Made by a program: the position numbers and the translations under genes
In this document: positions 9,991 through 19,803 of the stretch, piece by piece
Numbering within the stretch: position 1 is the stretch's first letter
Layout: each line of letters opens with the position of its first letter
Notes under the pieces: generated by a model
What the model was told of the DNA's origin: nothing
The model's database searches: none
What the model saw: the letters and a program-made list of their open reading frames with translations, nothing else
Assembly (NCBI GenBank): GCA_964603995.1
Contig: CAZRXH010000006.1
Location: forward strand, 1 to 61,404
DNA length: 61,404 nt
From: an uncultured Bacteroidota bacterium
GTDB taxonomy: Bacteria > Bacteroidota > Ignavibacteria > Kryptoniales > JAKASW01
Direction of reading: 5' to 3'

Positions 9991-11727
9991 ATGAATATCC
10001 TCGGAATATCATGCTTCTACCACGACGCGGCGGCGGCGCTTGTTCAGGACGGTAAACTTCTTGCTGCCGCCCAGGAAGAGCGATTTACGCGTAAGAAGCA
10101 CGATCAGGAATTTCCAAGAAACGCGATTGACTTCTGTCTTGACCACGCCCGGCTCCGAGCGGAAGATCTCGATTACGTTGCCTTCTACGACAAACCGTTT
10201 GTCAAGTTCGATCGGATCCTCCAGACCTACATTGCAACTTGGCCGAAGGGGTTGCCCTCTTTCCTCAAAGCGATGCCTGTGTGGATGAAGCAGAAGATTT
10301 GGATACCGCAGACGATCCGGAACGATCTCCAGTACGATGGTAAAATCCTTTTTACCGAACATCACATGTCCCACGCCGCGAGCGCGTTCCTTGTATCACC
10401 GTTCGAAGAGGCGGCGATCCTGACGACCGACGGTGTCGGCGAGTGGGACACGACGACCTACGGCATCGGGCGTGGAACCGACATTACCCTTATGAAAAGC
10501 ATAGGCTTTCCGCATTCACTCGGGCTGTTTTATTCGGCATTCACTTACTACCTGGGGTTTAAGGTGAACAGCGCCGAATACAAAGTAATGGGATTATCTC
10601 CCTACGGCGAGCCGCGTTTCTACGACTTGATCATGAACAACCTGGTGAATGTCAGAGAAGATGGCAGCTTCACCATGAATATGCGATACTTTACGTACGA
10701 GCACGGCCTTAGGATGACTGGGAGAAAATTCAGCGAACTTTTCGGACAGCCTGTACGCAAGCCGGAGTCTACATTGACGCAGTTCCATAAAGATGTCGCG
10801 GCCTCTCTTCAAAAGGTAACGGACACCATCATGGTGAAAATGGCACGACATGTCGAACGCGAAACCGGGATGAGGAATCTCTGCATGGCGGGAGGTGTCG
10901 CACTGAATTGCGTTTCGAACAGCAGGATCCTTGAAGAGACTTCGTTCCATGATGTATTCGTGCAGCCAGCTGCGGGGGATGCGGGCGGAGCCGTCGGAGC
11001 GGCCTCCTATATCTACAACACGATATTAGGGAAGCCAAGGAGCTATATAATGAATGATGTCTTCCTTGGGCCCGAGTATCCTGATGCGCAGATTGAGATG
11101 TTTTTGCGGGAAAAGAACGTGAATTGCGCGAAGCTGGGCCGCAAGGAGCTTCTGAAAGAGACGGCCCGTCTGGTAGCTGACCAGAAGGTTGTCGGGTGGT
11201 TTCAGGGGCGGATGGAGTTTGGTCCGCGGGCGCTCGGAAACCGGAGTATCATCGCCGATGCCCGTAACCCGAAAAACCAATCGGTGGTTAATCTGAAGAT
11301 AAAATTCCGCGAGAGCTTCCGGCCCTTCGCGCCTGCTGTGCTGGGGGATCGGATGCCGGAATACTTCGAGTTTGACAGGCCGGCGCCCTTCATGCTGTTT
11401 GTCGCGAATGTTCGCCCGGACAAACGAGTGATTCCTGCCGTGACTCATGTGGACGGATCCGCGAGACTGCAGACGGTCTCTCGCGAGCAAAATCCACTCT
11501 TCTATGACCTGATCTCGGAATTCGACCGCCAGACCGGATGCCCCATCATCATCAACACCTCATTCAACGTGCGCGGTGAACCGATCGTATGCACACCTGA
11601 GGATGCATGGCGATGCTTCATGAGGACCGAGATGGATTGCCTCGTCATGGGAAGCTTCATTATCGACAAGAGGGATCTGGGATCTTATCGGGAAGAGATT
11701 CTCGAAGAAAAATTTGAAATGGACTAA
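9991..11727 (+). CDS. O-carbamoyltransferase (NodU/CmcH/SxtI family)
   Basis: ILGISCFYHDAAA, EEERFTRKKH-like motif, HHMSHAASAF, EFGPRALGNRS, KFRESFRPFAP, NTSFNVRGEPIV. Confidence 0.95.
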   Translation: MNILGISCFYHDAAAALVQDGKLLAAAQEERFTRKKHDQEFPRNAIDFCLDHARLRAEDLDYVAFYDKPFVKFDRILQTYIATWPKGLPSFLKAMPVWMKQKIWIPQTIRNDLQYDGKILFTEHHMSHAASAFLVSPFEEAAILTTDGVGEWDTTTYGIGRGTDITLMKSIGFPHSLGLFYSAFTYYLGFKVNSAEYKVMGLSPYGEPRFYDLIMNNLVNVREDGSFTMNMRYFTYEHGLRMTGRKFSELFGQPVRKPESTLTQFHKDVAASLQKVTDTIMVKMARHVERETGMRNLCMAGGVALNCVSNSRILEETSFHDVFVQPAAGDAGGAVGAASYIYNTILGKPRSYIMNDVFLGPEYPDAQIEMFLREKNVNCAKLGRKELLKETARLVADQKVVGWFQGRMEFGPRALGNRSIIADARNPKNQSVVNLKIKFRESFRPFAPAVLGDRMPEYFEFDRPAPFMLFVANVRPDKRVIPAVTHVDGSARLQTVSREQNPLFYDLISEFDRQTGCPIIINTSFNVRGEPIVCTPEDAWRCFMRTEMDCLVMGSFIIDKRDLGSYREEILEEKFEMD

Positions 11728-11749
11728 TACTTCACGGAGAAACGAATTT

Positions 11750-11959
11750 GTGAGCACCTCTAAAAAGAAAAAACGAACAGGCAAAGCGTTGAAGCGGCTT
11801 TCAGGGAGACTCTCAATCTTCGGTGAGTTGTGGGCTTTCATGAGAGTCCGAAAGAAATGGTGGCTTGGTCCCATCTTCATCGTCCTGTTGTTCCTGGCGC
11901 TCTTCATCGTCCTTACTCAGGGTACGGCACTCGCTCCATTCATCTATACTCTCTTCTGA
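11750..11959 (+). CDS. DUF5989/SxtK-family small membrane protein
   Basis: ELWAFMRVRKKWWLGPI...ALAPFIYTLF signature; start uncertain (GTG 11750 or ATG 11714). Confidence 0.85.
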   Translation: MSTSKKKKRTGKALKRLSGRLSIFGELWAFMRVRKKWWLGPIFIVLLFLALFIVLTQGTALAPFIYTLF

Positions 11960-12133
11960 ATCGGAAGACCGGGCCGGGATTTCGGACGACACAACTCCGC
12001 TCCTGAAGGTGCAGCAGAGCCGAGTCTTCTTTACGTGATAGCTTCTCCTTTCGCACCACGAGCCGCCAGCTTCCTTGCAAACAGTTCTCTGCGGGCTTCC
12101 TCTATCTTAGCATCTGCCGGCTGCTTGCCGGTT

Positions 12134-12354
12134 AGTGGTGGACTATTTTGAATTTAAAGAATGGCACACGGATGACGCAGAAAAACACAAGATTGTCACG
12201 GATCAAATCATTGTCAGTAAACTATCCGTGAGAATCCGTCCTTCTTCTGCCGGCATTCCTTTGGAACCGTATATTCTGTGTGCGACATTTGAACGCTTAT
12301 GTCTATCCGCCGAACTCACGGGCAGGATTTGATTTCTCAAAGTAGCCCACCACT
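12134..12354. mobile_element. MITE-like element, copy A
   Basis: Terminal inverted repeats AGTGGTGGACTATTTTGA / TCAAAGTAGCCCACCACT (16/18 match), nested inner palindrome; homologous to 17530-17710. Confidence 0.7.
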
Positions 12355-12483
12355 CGCACGTTTGTTTTCATTTCGGCTCTTCATTAATTTAATAATGATC
12401 TCAAGCTTTCTGAGGTAAGTCCCGTTGTGTGAATGATGATTGTCAAAGATTTCCTTCCGAGAAATGATGGAGTTAGCCACCAG

Positions 12484-13989
12484 ATGGATGAAGCAAACCT
12501 GAAGATAGAAAGACCTAAGACCTTTTGTGGCATAGTTGGAGTTTACGGAGCGGAGAACGCTTCCAATTCCATTTACTACGCATTGAATGCACTTCAGCAT
12601 CGCGGACAGGAGGCCGCAGGCATAGTCACGCGGGAGAGAACCGCAGAGAGAAATTTCTTCAACGTTCACAAGAGCACCGGCTTGATTGCTGACGTGTTCA
12701 AGGAAGAAAAGATCCTGACGGACGTGCTCAGAGGAGACGCAGGGATCGGTCACAACAGATATTCGACGACCGGTGCGGCGGAGAGTCGGAAGAATGTCCA
12801 GCCCATTGTCGTTAACTACCGTAAGGGAAACCTTGCAATCGCACACAACGGTAACCTGACGAATTCGCACAGGCTCCGCGACGAATTGACGGAGGGCGGA
12901 ACTCTCTTTCAAACAACAACAGACACAGAGATCATTCTCCATCTCATCGCGAGAAGCCAGAAGGAAACTGTGGTCGAACAGGTTTACGAGGCTCTGCAGG
13001 CGATCAGGGGAGCGTTCTCGTTGGTCATACTCTCCGACAACCAGCTCATAGTCGCGAGAGATCCTTACGGGTTTCGGCCCCTTGCGCTCGGAAGGATAGG
13101 AAAGGCATTCATAGTTGCCTCTGAAACATGTGCGTTCGATATCCTCGGTGCTGAGTATATCCGGGACGTTGAGCCGGGAGAAGTGATAATTATCGACGAT
13201 GATGCGATAGAGGCTGGTGATGTACATTCCATGTTTCTTCCGGATCTGCCGAAACAATCCCGGCACTGTATTTTTGAATACATATACTTCTCGCGGCCGG
13301 ACAGTAAGGTCTTCGGAGAAAGCGTCGACAAAGTGAGGCGAAAAATCGGGAAGGGATTGGCCGAGGAAGCTCCAGTCGCGAACGATGAGGACGAGAAGCT
13401 CGTCGTCATAAGCGTTCCTGATTCGTCAAATACTGCGACGCTCGGTTACGTTTCGCAGAGCGCGAAGATGGGGATAAAAGCGAAATTTGAGATCGGTCTC
13501 ATCAGGAGCCACTACATCGGGAGGACTTTTATACAACCGCACCAGAATTCACGTGATCTCAAGGTGAAGATAAAGTTTAACACGGTCAAGGGTGTCCTCA
13601 AAGGGAGGAAAGTGGTAATCGTCGATGACTCCATTGTCCGCGGCACAACAAGCAAGCAACTTGTGAAATTAATACGCGAGGCCGAGCCGACAGAGGTGCA
13701 CTTCCGCGTCAGTTCGCCGCCCATAATGCATCCTTGCTACTACGGGATGGACTTCCCTTCGGAACGCGAGCTGTTTGCCAACCAGTTTGACGGGAATATC
13801 GAGCTCATGCGAAAGGAGCTGAACGTGGACTCGCTCGCTTATCTGTCTCTCGAAAAACTGCTTGATTCGGTGCCTGTCGACGAGCGTCGGAACTATTGTA
13901 CGGCGTGCTTCAGCGGCGAATATCCCACCGACGTTGAGGGGAACATTAAAGAGGAATTCGAGGCAAATATAAATGAGGCCAAAGTGTGA
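12484..13989 (+). CDS. purF: Amidophosphoribosyltransferase (Fe-S, propeptide type)
   Basis: CGIVG after a short propeptide, QHRGQE, HNGN, VDDSIVRGTT, CIFEYIYF, PCYYGMD, CTAC. Confidence 0.96.
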   Translation: MDEANLKIERPKTFCGIVGVYGAENASNSIYYALNALQHRGQEAAGIVTRERTAERNFFNVHKSTGLIADVFKEEKILTDVLRGDAGIGHNRYSTTGAAESRKNVQPIVVNYRKGNLAIAHNGNLTNSHRLRDELTEGGTLFQTTTDTEIILHLIARSQKETVVEQVYEALQAIRGAFSLVILSDNQLIVARDPYGFRPLALGRIGKAFIVASETCAFDILGAEYIRDVEPGEVIIIDDDAIEAGDVHSMFLPDLPKQSRHCIFEYIYFSRPDSKVFGESVDKVRRKIGKGLAEEAPVANDEDEKLVVISVPDSSNTATLGYVSQSAKMGIKAKFEIGLIRSHYIGRTFIQPHQNSRDLKVKIKFNTVKGVLKGRKVVIVDDSIVRGTTSKQLVKLIREAEPTEVHFRVSSPPIMHPCYYGMDFPSERELFANQFDGNIELMRKELNVDSLAYLSLEKLLDSVPVDERRNYCTACFSGEYPTDVEGNIKEEFEANINEAKV

Positions 13990-14084
13990 CTGTTCCGTCT
14001 CGTCTTCCTGCGCGGTCATATCGCCGACAGCTGCGACTCACAAATTAGCTGATTGCTTATCGGGAATTTGGGAGTGAACCTCGG

Positions 14085-14666
14085 TTGACCGGAACGCCTC
14101 GCGGAAGCGAAACATTGAAGGTTGAGAGGCGATGGACCGTCTCCAACATTCTCAGCCTGAGCCGCGTGTTCCTCATGGTCCCGATTGTGGTTTTGATCCT
14201 GAAGCCGGGGAGTGAATACCGGTTGACCGTGCTTGCGCTCATGCTAGTTACTGCGGCGACCGATTTCCTGGACGGCTTCCTCGCCAGGGCGCTGAACCAG
14301 GTGACTGATTTCGGCAGGCTGCTGGATCCGGTCGCGGACAAAGTCTGTATTATTACAATATCGGCGGCCCTCGTCCTCGTTGGAGACGTGCCGCTCTGGT
14401 TCGCGGCGCTTGTAGCCCTTCGCGATATACTTATCGTCGTGGGAAGCTCCTTCATCATCAGCAGGAGAAAGGTGGTGGTACAGTCGGTCTGGGCAGGGAA
14501 GTGGACGGTAACTTTCATAGCGGCCTATCTGATACTTGCGTCCATGAGGATCGATTCTCTGGTCATGGCAAAGACTTTTTTTCTTTACCTGAGTACTCTT
14601 TCAATATTTCTATCGCTCGGTATTTACACAAGGATTTACCGAAAATATATGGCACAGAATGGCTGA
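14085..14666 (+). CDS. CDP-alcohol phosphatidyltransferase (PgsA-like)
   Basis: [10 protein letters not shown]...[10 protein letters not shown] motif, multiple TM helices. Confidence 0.9.
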   Translation: MTGTPRGSETLKVERRWTVSNILSLSRVFLMVPIVVLILKPGSEYRLTVLALMLVTAATDFLDGFLARALNQVTDFGRLLDPVADKVCIITISAALVLVGDVPLWFAALVALRDILIVVGSSFIISRRKVVVQSVWAGKWTVTFIAAYLILASMRIDSLVMAKTFFLYLSTLSIFLSLGIYTRIYRKYMAQNG

Positions 14667-14720
14667 TTGTCATCGGGGCTTCCAGCTACCTGCTCGGCCT
14701 CTTGGAGGAATTCATAACTG

Positions 14721-15686
14721 ATGGGATTGCTTGACAGGTTCAAGAAAGTAAAAGATGGACTCTCACGGACACGTTCGACCTTTGTTGACAGAATAACAAG
14801 GGTAATCTCGAAAAAGACGAAAATTGATGACGAGCTGATCGATGAGATTGAAGAGACATTGCTTTCCAGCGATGTCGGCTTTGCTGCGACAGAGAAGATA
14901 ATCGGAGATATTCGCTCGCGTGTGAAAGCTGAAGGCTACGAGGATTCGAAGATGTTGAAGACGCTTCTGAAGGAAGAGATCGCGAAGTATCTGATCGATC
15001 CGAACGGAGCCGTCCCGGTCCCCGGTAAACCATACGTGATAATGATCGTCGGAGTGAACGGCGTCGGCAAGACGACGACGGTTGGAAAGCTCTCATATAA
15101 TTTCAGAAATGACGGAAGGAAGGTCCTCATTGCCGCGGCCGACACTTTCAGGGCGGCAGCAAACGAACAACTCAGCATATGGGCCAATCGTGCCGGGGTC
15201 GAAATAATCCAGCAGGAACCCGGAACGGACCCCGGTGCAGTCGCTTATGACGCCATCAGCGCGGCAAAAGCGCGCGGTGTCGATGTGGTCCTTATCGATA
15301 CGGCCGGAAGGCTTCATACGAAGACAAACCTGATGGAAGAGTTGAGAAAGATTAAGCGCGTGATCCAGAAAGTTGTCCCCACTGCACCGCACGAGGTTTA
15401 TCTTGTGCTCGACGCTGTTACAGGGCAGAATGGTCTCGTGCAGGCTCGGCAATTTCTCGATGCCGCCGGTGTAACCGGAATAGTACTCACAAAGCTTGAC
15501 GGGACCGCCAAGGGAGGCATCGTGATCGCAATCAGCCAGGAGCTTAAATTACCTGTGAAATATATCGGTGTCGGCGAAGGAGTAGATGACCTGCAGCCGT
15601 TTGAACGCGGCACCTTTGTCGACGCGTTGTTTTCCGGCACCGAAGAAGAGAACGCAGCAGGTGGAACCACTACAGAGGGAGCTTGA
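14721..15686 (+). CDS. ftsY: SRP receptor FtsY
   Basis: [32 protein letters not shown]. Confidence 0.97.
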   Translation: MGLLDRFKKVKDGLSRTRSTFVDRITRVISKKTKIDDELIDEIEETLLSSDVGFAATEKIIGDIRSRVKAEGYEDSKMLKTLLKEEIAKYLIDPNGAVPVPGKPYVIMIVGVNGVGKTTTVGKLSYNFRNDGRKVLIAAADTFRAAANEQLSIWANRAGVEIIQQEPGTDPGAVAYDAISAAKARGVDVVLIDTAGRLHTKTNLMEELRKIKRVIQKVVPTAPHEVYLVLDAVTGQNGLVQARQFLDAAGVTGIVLTKLDGTAKGGIVIAISQELKLPVKYIGVGEGVDDLQPFERGTFVDALFSGTEEENAAGGTTTEGA

Positions 15687-17491
15687 TGGCTAAGATAAGA
15701 GTTCTTTCCGAAGAGATAGCAAGCAAAATCGCGGCAGGCGAAGTAGTACAGCGGCCCGAATCGGTCGTCAAAGAACTCATCGAAAACTCGATAGATGCTG
15801 CTGCAAAGTCAATCTATATCGAAGTGAAAGATGCAGGGAAAGGTTTCATCAGGGTCACGGATGACGGCTCCGGTATGACGGAGGAAGACGCGCTGCTTGC
15901 ATTCGAACGCCATGCGACGAGCAAGATCCACGAGTATCAGGATCTTGAGAATGTTGTCACACTCGGATTCCGCGGCGAGGCGCTTTATTCGATTGCCGCT
16001 GTCGCTCAACTCGAGGTGAAGACCAGGACGGCAGGCGAAGAAGCCGCTGTCTATTTTCGCATTGATGGAGGTAGGCGGGATGAAGTCTCCAGGGCAGCTC
16101 ATGGGATCGGCACGACCATCATTGTGAAGAACCTCTTCTTCAATACTCCTGCCAGAAGGAACTTCATGAAGGCGAGTCCGACCGAGTTCAGGCACATTTA
16201 TCGGACCGTTTCGAGGTACGCCATAGCTTTCCCTGAAATTGAATTCACGCTTCAGTCAGGCGACGAGACAGTGCTGCGCGCCAAATCAGGTACCATCCGC
16301 GGAAGACTTGACGAAATATTCGGTGAGCATTTCACCGATTCTCTGGTCGCATTTGAAGAAGACTACGATCACCTGAAAGTAAGCGGCTTCCTTGGCAAAC
16401 CTGAGTATACAAAACGCACTCGCGGTGAACAATTCTTATTCTTGAACAGAAGATATGTGGTGAGTAAGGCGATCAGTCACGCCGCATTCTCGGCTTACGA
16501 AAACTTGATCGACAGAGGTGATTTCCCCTTCTTTGCGATTTTCATCGACCTTCCTCCAAACGAGGTGGATGTCAACGTCCATCCGACGAAGATGGAGGTA
16601 AAGTTCAGGGATGAGAGGAGCATCTATGGAGCCATCCGATCGGCGACACGAAGTGCGCTGGTGAAGAGCGATCTGGTACCCGAGATGGGAATCGCTCCGG
16701 AGTCCGGACGTTTCGTGAGCCGGACGACGACCGAGTCGACGCGCGGCGGCATTGTTCCGGTTATGTTCAATTCGAGACCTGCCCAGCCCGGAGGGACTCC
16801 CGGACGGTATATAGAGGATGAACGGATCGCCGACGCTGTCGATCCTTTGTTCTCTCTCAGGATCCCTCAAAACAGAGCTTCCTCCACAGATGCTGAGGAA
16901 TCTGAAGCGACTTCTACTGAGAGTAGCGGCGATATCATCTATCAGCTCCACAACAAGTACATCATCTCCCAGATATCCACTGGACTCCTCGTGATCGACC
17001 AGCACGCTGCCCATGAAAGGGTAATCTACGAGAGAACTCTTAAGAGATTCAGCGAGCATGGCCAGAACACCCAGCAGCTCCTTTTCCCGATCAGCTTGAA
17101 TCTGGATCCTGCGGATTTCACGATTGTCGAGGAGACGCTGCCGGATCTCAACCTGATGGGGTTCAGCATAAAAACCTTCAGCGGTTCGACTGTCGTCCTG
17201 GACGGGGTACCGGTCGACCTTAAGCCGGGAAGGGAAAGCACGATACTCACTGAGATAATCGCGGACTACAAGCGCGACAACGACCTGAGACTCACTCCTC
17301 GTGAGAAGCTGTGCAAAACGTACGCCTGCAAGGCCGCCGTCAAGGCTGGAGACTACCTCACGACTGAAGAAATGGAGTCTCTTATCGACCAGCTCTTCCA
17401 GGCAGAGGTGCCGTACGTCTGTCCGCACGGCCGGCCTGTGCTCGTGAAGATCCCTCTGCTGGAGCTTGACAAGAAATTCGGAAGGATTTGA
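15686..17491 (+). CDS. mutL: DNA mismatch repair endonuclease MutL
   Basis: IAAGEVV, ENSIDA, GFRGEAL, endonuclease motif DQHAAHERV.YE, ACK, CPHGRP. Confidence 0.97.
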   Translation: MAKIRVLSEEIASKIAAGEVVQRPESVVKELIENSIDAAAKSIYIEVKDAGKGFIRVTDDGSGMTEEDALLAFERHATSKIHEYQDLENVVTLGFRGEALYSIAAVAQLEVKTRTAGEEAAVYFRIDGGRRDEVSRAAHGIGTTIIVKNLFFNTPARRNFMKASPTEFRHIYRTVSRYAIAFPEIEFTLQSGDETVLRAKSGTIRGRLDEIFGEHFTDSLVAFEEDYDHLKVSGFLGKPEYTKRTRGEQFLFLNRRYVVSKAISHAAFSAYENLIDRGDFPFFAIFIDLPPNEVDVNVHPTKMEVKFRDERSIYGAIRSATRSALVKSDLVPEMGIAPESGRFVSRTTTESTRGGIVPVMFNSRPAQPGGTPGRYIEDERIADAVDPLFSLRIPQNRASSTDAEESEATSTESSGDIIYQLHNKYIISQISTGLLVIDQHAAHERVIYERTLKRFSEHGQNTQQLLFPISLNLDPADFTIVEETLPDLNLMGFSIKTFSGSTVVLDGVPVDLKPGRESTILTEIIADYKRDNDLRLTPREKLCKTYACKAAVKAGDYLTTEEMESLIDQLFQAEVPYVCPHGRPVLVKIPLLELDKKFGRI

Positions 17492-17529
17492 GAGACCCTT
17501 CGACGAAACTGTCATCCGCGTGGAATTTC

Positions 17530-17710
17530 GGCAGTGGGCTATCTTGAATTGGAACATTAGCACACAGATGACGGAGAAAAAAACAAGAGATGATCACAGA
17601 TCAAATTATCATTCATGGCGCTGTCAGTGAGAATCTGTGTCCTATTTGCAGAAGGCATTCCTTCTGAACAGTGTGTTCTGTGTGCGATGATTTGAAAATA
17701 GCCCACTACC
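17530..17710. mobile_element. MITE-like element, copy B
   Basis: Terminal inverted repeats GGCAGTGGGCTATCTTGAA / TTGAAAATAGCCCACTACC (16/19 match); body collinear with copy A. Confidence 0.7.
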
Positions 17711-17762
17711 CGGAATTTGGTACTGGCTCGATTTCAATAAGATTGATCGGAGCATGAATCCG

Positions 17763-17875
17763 TTTCCCGCCACGAAGTGGCTCCTTTCGCGAAGCGATGC
17801 CTTCGGCACGGAGCAGATCTCGCAGATAAGCGCAGAATGGTGATCGGCGATCATCTGCGCAATCAGCGGGAGAAA
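17763..17875. repeat. REP-like palindrome (CGCAGAT repeats / ATCTGCG) interrupted by two nested 22-nt double mini-hairpins
   Basis: TTTCCCG[insert 17770-17813]CAGATCTCGCAGATAAGCGCAGA...ATCTGCGCAATCAGCGGGAGAAA. Confidence 0.7.
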
Positions 17876-17908
17876 CCAGATTGAGCCAATACCCGGAATT
17901 TCGGTTTT

Positions 17909-17937
17909 TTGAAACTCTTTTTCCCCTTTCTTATATT
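17909..17937 (+). promoter_or_regulatory. Sigma70-type promoter for aspS
   Basis: TTGAAA-N17-TATATT. Confidence 0.6.
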
Positions 17938-17975
17938 GAATTTCACTATTCTCAATAAATCAATTGATATAGAAA

Positions 17976-19802
17976 ATGCCTGAAACAATATCGTTGCGCG
18001 GTAAGAAAAGAACCAATACTTGTGGTGAACTGAGAGCGAAGGATGTCAATAATGTCGTGACTCTTAACGGTTGGGTCGATGGCCGGCGGGACCTTGGCGG
18101 AGTCATTTTTATCGACCTCCGTGACAGGTACGGAAAGACCCAGGTCGTTTTTGCACCTCAGCACAACCAGGCGGTCTACCAGGTCGCGAAGCAGCTGAGG
18201 AGTGAAGATGTAATAGCTGTTGTCGGCAAAGTAGAACGGAGACCTGACGGCACCGAAAACAAGAGCCTGCCGACGGGTGAGATAGAAGTGCTTGGAGATG
18301 ACCTTGTAATACTCAACGAGTCGGAAACTCCTCCTTTCCCGATCGAGGATGAGATCGATACGAGCGAGGAGCTGAGGCTGAAGTACCGCTTTCTCGATCT
18401 GAGGCGCCAGCAGATGCAGAGCAATCTGCAGACGAGACACAAGATGGCACAGGCGGTGCGCAGGTATCTCGACTCACTGAGATTCCTCGAGATAGAGACG
18501 CCCTTTCTCATGAAGAGCACTCCCGAAGGAGCGCGTGATTATCTCGTGCCGAGCAGGATCCATCACGGGAAGTTCTATGCCCTCCCTCAATCGCCGCAGA
18601 CATACAAACAGATCCTGATGGTATCCGGCTACGACAGATATTTCCAGATTGTGAAGTGTTTCCGTGACGAAGACTTGAGAGCGGACCGTCAGCCGGAGTT
18701 CACGCAGATCGATATCGAAATGTCATTCGTGCTGGAAGAAGATATTTACCAGATGGCGGAAGGACTGGTAAAGGCTCTCTTTAAGGAAATCAAGGGAATT
18801 GAGATAGAGACTCCCCTGCCGAGGATGAGCTATGACGAGGCGATCACGAGATACGGAAGCGACAAACCGGACCTCCGATTCGCGCTGGAAATCAGCGATG
18901 CAACAGAGATTCTCAGGGGATCCCAGTTCAAGGTGTTTGAGTCCAGCATACAGGGCGGGAATTTGGTTTGCGGAATCAATCTAAAAGGCCACGCCGGGAT
19001 AAGCCGGAAGCAGATAGACGAATTGACCGATCTCGCAAAGACATGCGGTGCAGCCGGTCTGGTTTATTTCAAGGTCTCTGCCGATTCGCTCGACTCGCCG
19101 ACGTCGAAGTATTTCTCGCCGGAACAGTTGAAGAGCCTGCGCGAGAAATTCTCGGCGCAGACAGGCGACCTGATTCTTCTCGTCACTCAGCCCCGCAAAC
19201 AGATTTATGCAACTCTCGGCCAATTCCGCCTCGAGGTAGCAAGGAAATTCAATCTCGTGGATCAGGAGAAGAACGCGCTCCTGTGGGTCACGGAATTTCC
19301 TCTGCTCGAATGGTCAGACGACGAGCGGAGGTTCGTGGCGATGCATCATCCGTTCACTTCCCCGAGAGATGAAGATGTAGCTATACTTGATGAAGGAATT
19401 GAAGAGTCCAAGAAGAAGAAGAGGTGGACAAGCGAGAACCCGGTAGGGAAGGCCCGCGCAAGGGCCTATGACCTGGTTTGGAACGGGAACGAAATTGCCG
19501 GCGGAAGCATAAGAATATTCCAGCCTGGGCTTCAACAGAAGATGTTCAACTGCCTCGGCATTTCCGAAGATGAGGCACAGAAAAAATTCGGTTTTCTCCT
19601 GGAGGCGTTCAGGTATGGAGCTCCTCCTCATGGTGGTATCGCGTTCGGGTTTGACAGGCTTGTGATGTTGTTTACGGGAAGCAAATCGATACGTGATGTC
19701 ATCGCCTTTCCGAAGACAAGCAGCGCGATGTCGCTGATGGATGAGGCGCCAAGCGAAGTCAGCCGGGAACAATTAATGGAACTTCACTTGAAGGTAATCT
19801 GA
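17976..19802 (+). CDS. aspS: Aspartate-tRNA ligase
   Basis: RRDLGGVIFIDLRD, LKYRFLDLR, EGARDYLVPSR, FRDEDLRADRQPEF, GAPPHGG. Confidence 0.97.
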   Translation: MPETISLRGKKRTNTCGELRAKDVNNVVTLNGWVDGRRDLGGVIFIDLRDRYGKTQVVFAPQHNQAVYQVAKQLRSEDVIAVVGKVERRPDGTENKSLPTGEIEVLGDDLVILNESETPPFPIEDEIDTSEELRLKYRFLDLRRQQMQSNLQTRHKMAQAVRRYLDSLRFLEIETPFLMKSTPEGARDYLVPSRIHHGKFYALPQSPQTYKQILMVSGYDRYFQIVKCFRDEDLRADRQPEFTQIDIEMSFVLEEDIYQMAEGLVKALFKEIKGIEIETPLPRMSYDEAITRYGSDKPDLRFALEISDATEILRGSQFKVFESSIQGGNLVCGINLKGHAGISRKQIDELTDLAKTCGAAGLVYFKVSADSLDSPTSKYFSPEQLKSLREKFSAQTGDLILLVTQPRKQIYATLGQFRLEVARKFNLVDQEKNALLWVTEFPLLEWSDDERRFVAMHHPFTSPRDEDVAILDEGIEESKKKKRWTSENPVGKARARAYDLVWNGNEIAGGSIRIFQPGLQQKMFNCLGISEDEAQKKFGFLLEAFRYGAPPHGGIAFGFDRLVMLFTGSKSIRDVIAFPKTSSAMSLMDEAPSEVSREQLMELHLKVI

Positions 19803-19803
19803 C

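Noticed and set aside
9733-11959. Saxitoxin biosynthesis cluster
   Set aside because: Only sxtI/J/K-like genes are present, with no sxtA, sxtG or other core genes; this trio also occurs outside toxin clusters.
12134-17875. CRISPR array
   Set aside because: The repeats are dispersed palindromes, not regularly spaced direct repeats, and no cas genes are in the window.
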